In this document: positions 51,364-60,376 of the stretch, one piece after another
Numbering within the stretch: the first letter of the stretch is position 1
Layout: each line of letters starts with the position of its first letter
NCBI GenBank assembly: GCA_040954595.2
Contig: CM082594.2
Location: forward strand, 11,536,276 to 11,600,275
Direction of reading: 5' to 3'
Source: Balanoglossus misakiensis
Lineage: Eukaryota; Animalia; Hemichordata
Length of the DNA stretch: 64,000 bases
The notes under the pieces: model-generated
What the model was told of the DNA's origin: nothing
Database searches by the model: none
What the model saw: only the letters and a program-made list of their open reading frames with translations
Translations under genes and position numbers: made by a program

Positions 51364-52683
51364 ATGGCTCCAACGAAAAGATTTGTCATAAACTTCATGT
51401 TACTGTCTACTTTAGCACTGCTGAATATCTTGGTATATGTTTATTTCACTCACCCTGCGCTGTTAAATGTGAGGACGTTGGGCACGCAACGACCGAGAAT
51501 TGAAGTTTCGAGGTTGCATCAGGGTGAAATCGGGACTAAAGCAGATGTTCCGGGGCAAGCAAACAATACAAGTAAGATTCAGCCGTTGGACAACAAGGAA
51601 ACAGATCAGCATGGACAGCCAGCCAATCAGGGTGGACAGATACTAAAACCAGATGCACAGTTAGGGAACCAAAATGGGCAACCAGTGAATCAAAATGGAC
51701 AGCCAGCTCAGGGTGGACAACAACCAAACCAAAATGAGCAACTACCAAATCTGATACCTGTCAATACTAATGAGCAGGCCAACCAGGGCCTCAATCCTAA
51801 CCCAGCAGATCCAGAACAAGAGGAAACGAAGCCCAAGAAAATTGTTATGCCGCATGATTATCGGTTAGTCATCAACCAACCCGAGAAGTGCTTGAATCCA
51901 GACGGCTCGAAGGCCGATGTGTTTCTCCTGGTTCTTGTGAACTCAGTCCACAAAAACTTTGAACAGAGACAGGCGATACGAGACACATGGGGTAGCCTTA
52001 CTATGATGCTTGGACATAGAATCATTACTTTATTCATGCTGGCCAATGTGCATGACGACAACCTTCAAAACCTTGTTCAACAAGAAAGTGCAAAACATGG
52101 TGACATCCTAATGGAGAGTTTTGACGACACGTACAAAAACCTGACCCTGAAGTCAATCATGGGGTTTAAGTGGGCCACCAATTACTGTTCCCATGCCCGC
52201 TTTGGGATGAAAACTGATGATGATATGTATATCAGCTATGAAAATATTGTGAAATTTTTAATCAATGCACCAGATCGAAAACTAGCCGTAGGCTATCTTA
52301 TCAACGGCGCCCCGATCAGAGACCCAAAAAGCAAATGGTTTATGCCACGAGAGACTTATCCAGGAAACAGATACCCACCGTTTCTTTCGGGTACTGGATA
52401 TGTAATGTCCTTGGATGTCATACGCGACACATATGAGATATCCATATACACACCGTTCCTGTATCTTGAGGACGTGTATGTTGGAACTTGCTGGGAACAG
52501 ATCGGAGTCATTCCGGTCAAACATCCGGAATTCCACAACTGGAAGAAGATGTACCAGTTGTGTCGGTATCGGAGTATCATGACTGCTCACATGGTGACTC
52601 CCAATGAAATGTATCGAATATGGCGAGACATGGCCTCCAAGAAACATATTATGTGTCCAAAATCTCCTCGACATCAGCGTTAA
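51364..52683 (+). CDS. B3GALT1: Beta-1,3-galactosyltransferase 1-like (probable conserved B3GALT1/2 orthologue), paralogue 10 (439 aa)
   Basis: All GT31 motifs; C-terminus FHNWKKMYQLCRYRSIMTAHMVTPNEMYRIWRDMASKKHIMC closely matches my recollection of vertebrate B3GALT1 (FNHWKMAYSLCRYRRVITVHQISPEEMHRIWNDMSSKKHLRC); Gln/Asn/Gly/Pro-rich stem; acceptor ending 51224. Confidence 0.9.
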   Translation: MAPTKRFVINFMLLSTLALLNILVYVYFTHPALLNVRTLGTQRPRIEVSRLHQGEIGTKADVPGQANNTSKIQPLDNKETDQHGQPANQGGQILKPDAQLGNQNGQPVNQNGQPAQGGQQPNQNEQLPNLIPVNTNEQANQGLNPNPADPEQEETKPKKIVMPHDYRLVINQPEKCLNPDGSKADVFLLVLVNSVHKNFEQRQAIRDTWGSLTMMLGHRIITLFMLANVHDDNLQNLVQQESAKHGDILMESFDDTYKNLTLKSIMGFKWATNYCSHARFGMKTDDDMYISYENIVKFLINAPDRKLAVGYLINGAPIRDPKSKWFMPRETYPGNRYPPFLSGTGYVMSLDVIRDTYEISIYTPFLYLEDVYVGTCWEQIGVIPVKHPEFHNWKKMYQLCRYRSIMTAHMVTPNEMYRIWRDMASKKHIMCPKSPRHQR

Positions 52684-53340
52684 TATTATTTAATGCATAA
52701 CAGCTTTCATGTAACTCAGCATACCTGCAAGGTATTATACATGCTCATTGGCTAATCTGTTACATGGGGTGGTCACCTGATGGTCACATGACTGGCATAA
52801 GACCCAACTGCCATTGCTTATTATCATATTCAAAATCTTGCACCAAGATCTTAACACAATAATAAACATTTTTCATTATTATAGAATTCAAGTTTACTGT
52901 CAGAAATCCTGAGAGAGAAATACTGCATTTCTCCTGTTTAGAGCCCAGACTTGGTCAGAGGTCCACCCCACTTAAAATTAACTACATGTATACAAAACAA
53001 ATTAATTTGATTTCAATTGAAATCATATTATATTGAAATGTACCCTTTACATTTTATTTTCATAGGATTTACTGTGATTTTTAAAATATTACTTAAAGAG
53101 TACTAAAGCTTACCTACAGTTGGTCATTTGTTTTGGTCAAAGTCATATACAGGTGACTCACATTTCACTTTTGAACCAAACTTCCTTTTGAAAAAACTTG
53201 TGTAATAATTATTTAAGTAGCAGTATTCTAAAACCTGATAAGCTGCTAACGTTCTGATACCAGAATGAGCTCTGACTCCTGGTAAACTTCAGCTGAGCCT
53301 TTATCAGATTTTTTGTACGCGAGGTTCCTATCACAGTGGT

Positions 53341-53360
53341 GGGGGGGGGGGGGGGGGGGG
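53341..53360 (+). repeat. Poly-G tract (20 G)
   Basis: Directly visible homopolymer. Confidence 0.9.
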
Positions 53361-53648
53361 AGGTCGAAAACTGTGTCACAGCGACATTGTGAAGTCATGA
53401 GTCCTTCTAATGTTTGTCTGTCATTGAGGCCAGTATTGCAGGCAAGTGCCATAGGTATACATGTTCACTAATGTATACATGTAATGTAGTTGATTTCCCG
53501 ACAGCTGAATTTTGGCAGCTCTTTTTATGAAATGGCAGCACTACCATTTTCAACCTACAAGTTTTTGTTTCATTTGATGCCACATGAATACTTTTTCATA
53601 CATTATACAATGAGTATTGCCTAAATTTAAAAAAAAGTTGTAACTCAC

Positions 53649-55393
53649 GTCAGCTCCACCCTTGAACCTTGACCCCAGGCGACCTGTGACATCATACAGG
53701 GGTTACCCCAGTGGGCGAAAAGGATCAGTTGTTACATCCGGTCCGTACATATACAGTATTCCACAGCATCTGTAGTGGAGAGATTTTTTCTGATTTACAC
53801 AAAGAGCTTTCAGATGGTCATGTAAAAATTGAAGAAAAAACATATTTTGAAAAATAGAGAATTCTAGTGTTTAGAAAGGTGATTGGCTTGGAAATTATGT
53901 AAATAATGAGAAGCTGGAAGATTTAGAATAAAACCAATCTACTCCTAAGAGATCTACCCAGACATCTCTTAAATATCCAGACTTTTCCATCAAAGTTTAT
54001 TCCATTTATAATCCATATGAGTGATATTTGTATATTCTGCTCAGTTTAAACTTTATAATTATTTTTGCATCAATATTGAAGCATATTTTCATTTCTGATT
54101 TGTTCAGACATTTTCTAATCTGTAATATTTCTGCTACTTGTCAAATTATTTTTCTGTTTACATATAGACACTTATGAAATTACACCCATTTTGTGATTTG
54201 AATACTGTCCCGAAGTATACAAGAAGTGTCATTGTACTCTCTCAAGCGGTAAAGCCCATGCTTACCTTGATGTGTTGACAGGCAACAGACAAATTGAAGT
54301 AGGTTCCAAGCTTGACAAGACTTTGTCAGTTTTGCCCAGCTGTGTTTCATCTCCTGAGAAAATAAAAGGAGAAAGGGCTACTGTATATGCATGTCAATGC
54401 AAAAGGCTAAGCAAAATACAGTACTTGATGTACAAGACACTTACCTCGAAATTTGAATCCTTGACTTTACAGTTTTATCACTTTAAGAAGACAAACTTCT
54501 TGAACTTCTTCAGCTTTCATCATTTTATTTGGAGGAGTTTTCCTCAACAGTCTCTGGAATAACTAACAACAAAAATAAAGCTTTCAGCAGAAATTTTTTG
54601 TCAATGTCTTGTTTACTGTGTACTTGAAACATGGATGCATGGTTTTTGCTTTCAAATGGAAAAGACAAATCTCAGATTCACTGGAACTGGAATGGATTTA
54701 AAGCTACAAGTAACACAGTCTCTCTTAGTTCCTTCACCATAGTGGTAGCATGTGCATTTCATATTCCGAGTTTCCAGAAATTGGATTGAAATCGAACAAG
54801 AAACCACAGTTGACATCCCATAGCAAAAATTACTGAGAAATAGTCCCAAGTTGGAGTTACTGGAGCTTTAAATCATTCATGCACTACAGTAGGATGGCAA
54901 AAAAACACAATAATGATGCAACAATCACCCTGTACCTAGTTTTTTGTGACCATGAAATTGAACAAGCTATCCTCCAAGTTGCTACAATGTTAACTTTCCT
55001 TAAAACATAATGGCTGAAAATTATATCATTTTTTACAGCCCATGGCCTATAAATAAATAAATAATGCTCACCTTTGCGCTCTGTAAACTTCTGACGTCCT
55101 TATAATACACATGTACTCCATAAGTGACAAAGCGTGTTGTTTACATCGGTGACTGTCGGCCCCAGCTGTCTGTTGCATGAAAAGAGTTGTCCATACCCGT
55201 CCCACCTGGCCCAGGTGTTCCCTGAGTGGGACAGCTATGGGGGTTTGGGGCAACTACTTCTTGTGGAAGGAGGAAGTCGTGATGCGCTCGATTGTAAAGC
55301 ACATAATATTCTTCCGGGCAACAGGTGTGTTTGTGTTGATAGACGCACGTGTTCGTACGAGTCGTAGTCGGTGCTGGCAGATATTCCATTTTT
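53649..55393 (-). pseudogene. Spliced minus-strand unit (4 candidate exons), either a decayed gene or a lncRNA with an 82-aa first ORF
   Basis: Exons 55072-55393, 54445-54553, 54266-54353, 53649-53769, each bounded by pyrimidine-rich cag and gtgag/gtaag; phases join into one frame from ATG 55389 with only three TAA stops in ~212 codons. Confidence 0.45.
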
Positions 55394-55519
55394 CTGAAAA
55401 ATATTTTAAAGACAGCTCCATTTCAGTTCAAAAATATCACTGCCTGAGCGTAAAGGTGCTAACAAGACCAATATTTGGAGAGAAAATATGACAGGAAAGA
55501 AAAAAAGACTAACCCGTAT

Positions 55520-55670
55520 TTTGTGTTTGTTGCCGACCCGAATGTCCACGCGTCTCGTTTGACTAAACGTCGTCTGCTAGTCACGTGACAATGGCGGTCG
55601 TCAAATTCGAAAGCAACGGGGAAACATCATGTTGGGGGCGCATTTCAACATGGCGTAGACCGCCAAGCCA
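55520..55670. promoter_or_regulatory. CpG-rich candidate promoter
   Basis: GTCACGTGAC E-box at 55580, two ATGGCG (YY1-like) motifs and local CpG density directly upstream of the 53.6-55.4 kb spliced unit. Confidence 0.35.
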
Positions 55671-56327
55671 AGTGATTACAGATGTCCATGGGTTTATTGA
55701 TAAATTATGGATTTACGGGTGGATTTACTAGATGCATGTACGGCATTGGCTGCATGGAATGCCAAAGATAGTCGTAAATGAGTGCGACCTCCCCTTTCAT
55801 AAACGTAATTGTCCATGTTTCTATGTGACCTTCCTACTTCTCCGAACAGGGCCATATCTGCTGTATCAGTTAGATATCAGAACTCATTCGTGTAAGATGA
55901 TAACATATCATGTTTGGTAAAATTATCATAATACAACCGCTTTCAAGAACGGAACGTGGGTATGTGATGTTGCAACGGACCACCCGTGAAATGATATCAA
56001 GTGTCCGTTTTGTACTGAGGGAGCTTCCAGTGTACAATGGTATGGAATGCCACACTCTCAGTCCTGGTGTTTTGACTGTATGTCTGTCTGTTTAATAAAG
56101 TTGCTCAGCTATGTCTTTTAAGGTGGTCAACAATAGCAGTATTTTATTACTCTGGAAGCATATGGCGAGATAACCCCTTGGGTTTGTCAAATGTTCAAAT
56201 AGTACAAAAAGAACATTGATTCTTGTTTGATACCAAAGTGGATCTGTTTCCAACTATGCGGTGGGTTTACAGCTTAGTATCTGATGCAAAGTCAAAGTTT
56301 GATTGAATTAAATGTAACTACTCTGGA

Positions 56328-57374
56328 TTACCGATGGATCTTTTGTAGATATTCCCAAATGATGTACATTTCGTGAATCCTCGTCGGATGTTTGACTGTA
56401 AGTTCGCTGAATTTAGAATACGAGCGGGGAAAATATTCGTTATAAAAATGTCTGTCAAGAATTGGATTAATCCCCAGTTTCTTGAGGCAAAGACCGACGT
56501 ACACGTCTTCTAATGGCAGATGATTGACAGAAAATGAGACGTTGTACACTTTCCTCGCGACATCCAATGACATGATGTAACCAGGTCCGTCTGGATATGC
56601 TGGGTAGATACTCTCCGAGTAGAGATTTTTCGGTACGTACCACTTACTGCTGGGTCGCCGGTCTACCGTGCCTCTAATTCGCACGAACCCTGTCACAAAG
56701 TTATCCCTTCGTACCCCTAAAATATTTCTGACGACGTTCTTCAGATTGATATAACTGTTGTCGTCTGCCTTCATCACGAAACTAGTTTTGGGACAAAACT
56801 CGATCGCCCATTTGAATACCATGAGAGTCTTCATCGTTAGATTTCTGTAGTGGTCCTTAAAATCCCCTACTATGACGTCACCGTACGCGTCAGTTTCCAA
56901 TGCGACGGATTTTTCAAGTTCAGTGTCGTAACTTCTGGCCAGTAGGAATAGCGTGATGATCTTGTAACCGTACATGCTGGAGTCCTTGGCCCACGTCTCC
57001 CGGATCGCTTTCCTTAGCAACGCGTTCGCCGGAGCTGATGTGACCACGACAACGAGAAGGACCTCCTCATCCGGGTCGCTGCATTTCTGCGAACTGTTCG
57101 TGAGGAACCTGTGCGGAAATGGCTGCTCACCAACCGTTGCTATGGCCGGTGGGTTGACCGACATCACACCAGGAGCATTGCCCCCGAGATCTCGCAAAAC
57201 GTCCGGTGTGGTTAGCACATCGCTGTGGTTGTAAACACTGGCACGATTCTCAGACTGCTTTCGCTGCACTCTCACTTCGACGCTTAACAATCTCAAGAGC
57301 ATTAAAAACAGCAAAGAACAAAGACAATACGAGACGAAATGTTTGAACACTTTGGTTGCGCGAACTGGCAACAT
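56328..57374 (-). CDS. Divergent GT31 glycosyltransferase, paralogue 11 (348 aa from MLPVRA; DxD changed to DDN)
   Basis: TM anchor; RKAIRETW, DHYRNLTMKT, KADDNSY, SKWYVP, YPAYPDGPGY, LEDVYVGLCL; ORF-track start 57398 is TTG, ATG at 57374; acceptor cattttgcag (exon starts 57399). Confidence 0.88.
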   Translation of the reverse strand: MLPVRATKVFKHFVSYCLCSLLFLMLLRLLSVEVRVQRKQSENRASVYNHSDVLTTPDVLRDLGGNAPGVMSVNPPAIATVGEQPFPHRFLTNSSQKCSDPDEEVLLVVVVTSAPANALLRKAIRETWAKDSSMYGYKIITLFLLARSYDTELEKSVALETDAYGDVIVGDFKDHYRNLTMKTLMVFKWAIEFCPKTSFVMKADDNSYINLKNVVRNILGVRRDNFVTGFVRIRGTVDRRPSSKWYVPKNLYSESIYPAYPDGPGYIMSLDVARKVYNVSFSVNHLPLEDVYVGLCLKKLGINPILDRHFYNEYFPRSYSKFSELTVKHPTRIHEMYIIWEYLQKIHR

Positions 57375-59236
57375 GGCTCGTATCGACCACTGAACCAAAC
57401 TGCAAAATGTTCCTCCTATATGTTTTCAGGCACTGCCAGAAATATGTGACGATAAATACCTCAGCACCGACGTGTTAAATAGCAACGAATGCGGCTAATT
57501 TGCAGAAGGGATTTCACATTGTTGCTAACATGACAACTCCTTTGTCATTGTTGAATACTTACGGGCAACACATGTGTGGACGAGTAATCAATCAGTTGCC
57601 AGATACATGATCCTTCAACAAGACAATATTGAAGACTGATTTCATCAAAGCTGTCGCCCCTTCAGAGTGTTCCGCCGCCATTAGAGATACTCTTGAATGA
57701 GTGACAGACGCTGGTAACAGTTAACGGGGATTTCTGCCAGTTAAGTCACTTATCTGACTGTCTGTTTGTCTAGCAATGTATCGCTTTGAGCATCGGCATC
57801 TGTGTTAGTAAATCTGTCTGTCCACGTAGCACCCAAATTCCAAATTATCAGAAGCAAATCATAAGGGTCCTGTATTTGATAGTCGATGCTGTAGCAGAGT
57901 ATGTCATTGTCAGATTGAACAGTGGAAATATTAAATAACATGCAATACCGCGACGGACCCTCGCTTCTAACAGCGACTGGTCAAATATCTATGCAAATTT
58001 GGTTTGTGGATTATAACGGTTGCCGAGTGGTTGCTATGGGGCTGATCTGTAGCGCGGATTGTGTCGGAACACATGTGTCGACCAAACTATAGAAGGGAGA
58101 GGATTGAATCTCTTACTAAAGTGATACGTCTTTGTCACGAATAGAAAATTGTTCGCCGGTCGATTTGTTGCAAGTTGTTGAACCGCCTCGCTTGTCAAAC
58201 GTTGCTGGACTAATGTGTGTCATGATAATTTGTAGACAGGAACCGATACAGTGACAGTACATTCTGGTAGACGAGTTTCAACAGATTTTGGCATAATCAT
58301 TCCATTGATGATGACGGGAATATATTGATTTTGATGTGTGTTATTTATTTGTTAATATACAATGTTTACATGTTTAATATACACACCGATAATAAAGAAT
58401 TCTAATAAAGATATTTTACTGGTGTATTTCGAAGAAGACATAAAAATGATTTTTTTTCCGAGATATAGATTTTAATGTGTTAATTTGTATTTGAATGCCT
58501 TAAAGAAGGTATGCTCTATAATCCTGTCTATTGACTATTTCTTTATTTATGTACAAAAATACAAAGCGATAAACGCTTGCTAAACATTCCACTTTAAATT
58601 GTGCTAAACAACGTTTCTCTAAAAGAGAAGATTTTGGCGTAAAATTTTACAATTTATGTATAATCAAACAATAACTGATAAAATATTAAAACAAGATGCT
58701 ATCTTATCCCTGTGGTGACATATAATACTATCCTCGTCCAGTTCTTAATTCTCACTGGGCATTCTCTCAAAGATAGCACACATACATATACAGTGTACTA
58801 TCAATGAATGATGAACTGTGAATAATTTCTATTTCAGCGCAAGACTGCCGCCGAAGTGAATTTTGCATTACAATGTATAGCTACGTCTAGGAATAGGCTG
58901 CAAATGTGTGTATTTATACACAATTGAATTTTGGTTCTCAAAAGCGAACCTTTAAATTTCGAGATCTTAGACTCCCAAAGACGTCATTGACGCTTGGTAT
59001 TTACATTACCAATTGAATTAAAAAGTAGAGATGTTGATAGCTGACTGCGGCAGCGATTGCAGCTTTTCAGAATAAACATTTAAATATTTATGCACCGATT
59101 TTGTGAGTATCAAACGCTCGGCAGTTGGCAGCGGTTTTCATGATTTTGTTCACGTTGGCGTTGCATGACTTTGATCATAGTGGATGTGTGTACTCTATAT
59201 TCTTGCCTTGGTCTTGTAGTCATGGCGACCTGGTAT

Positions 59237-60376
59237 TCAATCAAAATGTTGTACGTAGTTGGTTGAGTACTGCGTGTATGTGGTATTACCATCTCTGAAG
59301 GAGTAGGATGTGGTGTGCGCAGATGATTGTCCTTTCCCGGGGGAGCCTTGAACATATCCCGTGGACTTGCCTCCACCTCTCAGTGTGCGACTGCCGTCAT
59401 AGGGACTTCCAATGGTTCTGTATGCAAAACTCTCACCCACCGTGCCCGGCGCATACGTGCGATTAAGAGTGCCACCCCCGTGAGCGTAGTCGACAGCGCC
59501 ACCTCTGTAGCCACCACCGCTGACGGTATTATACGTGTAACCGTCATCCATCGCCCCGACTTTGTGATTTCGACCGAGGCTACCGCCTTTGTAGTTGCGA
59601 TTAAGACTTCCACCTGCGTAACCGTAACCGGCAGTACCAGCGCCATAACCGTCTACAATGGTGGTGGTGCCCACCTGATTGCGACCAATGGTTCCACCAC
59701 CACCGTAACCATCCCCGATGGTACCTCCTCCATAACTACCATCGACACCACCACCACCACCATAACTGTCAACCACAGTGCTGCTTCCATAACTGCGACC
59801 GACGGTACCACCACCATAGCCTTCTCCAACATTACCACCTCCTTGAACGCGACCGATAGTACCACTGGTACCGCCATAGCCATCCCCAACAGTACCACCT
59901 CCATAACTACGGCCAATAGTACCACCACCACCACCACCACCACCACCACCACCACCACCACCACCCCCACCTCCACCACCACCACCATAGCCATACCCAT
60001 CCCCAACAGTTCCACCTGCATAGCCGCGACCAACCATGCCTCCTCCGTAATTATCACTGACAGTACCGCCTCCATATGTGTAGCTGCGACTGACAGAACT
60101 ACTACCTCCGCTGCCCCCAAAACCTCCTCCTCCTCCTCCTGCCCCTCCCACCCCTCCTCCTGCTCCCCAGCCTCCCCCAGCGCCTCCAGAACCTCCCCTA
60201 CTTCCAAAACTGCCCTTGCCACTACTTCCGCCAACAAATCCAACAGCGCCACCACCACCACCACCGGCCACCCCGCCAATGAAACCGTCATCACCAGCGT
60301 CGGACGCGTATAATTTGCCAGTGTAGGTTGGATTCTTGAACGTGGAAGTTGCATGCTTGTATATAGGGTTCTCCTC
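59237..60376 (-). CDS. ITGB: Integrin beta terminal exon: [21 protein letters not shown] plus 358-aa Gly/Tyr-rich extension
   Basis: Acceptor aattctag at 60378-60377, phase 0 with the upstream donor at 60502; 35 codons lead in frame into the 344-aa ORF 59237..60271; stop TGA at 59239-59237. Confidence 0.85.
   Translation of the reverse strand, partial: EENPIYKHATSTFKNPTYTGKLYASDAGDDGFIGGVAGGGGGGAVGFVGGSSGKGSFGSRGGSGGAGGGWGAGGGVGGAGGGGGGFGGSGGSSSVSRSYTYGGGTVSDNYGGGMVGRGYAGGTVGDGYGYGGGGGGGGGGGGGGGGGGGGGGTIGRSYGGGTVGDGYGGTSGTIGRVQGGGNVGEGYGGGTVGRSYGSSTVVDSYGGGGGVDGSYGGGTIGDGYGGGGTIGRNQVGTTTIVDGYGAGTAGYGYAGGSLNRNYKGGSLGRNHKVGAMDDGYTYNTVSGGGYRGGAVDYAHGGGTLNRTYAPGTVGESFAYRTIGSPYDGSRTLRGGGKSTGYVQGSPGKGQSSAHTTSYSFRDGNTTYTQYSTNYVQHFD

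Noticed and set aside
59327-60313. 328-aa Thr/Ser-rich mucin-like ORF on the plus strand
   Set aside because: Antisense shadow of the GGN-rich integrin tail (GGT read as ACC); non-ATG start, no signal peptide or splice support.
59380-60354. Val-rich minus-strand ORFs of 233 and 88 aa
   Set aside because: Alternative frames of the same repeat, out of frame with the NPxY-coding sequence.
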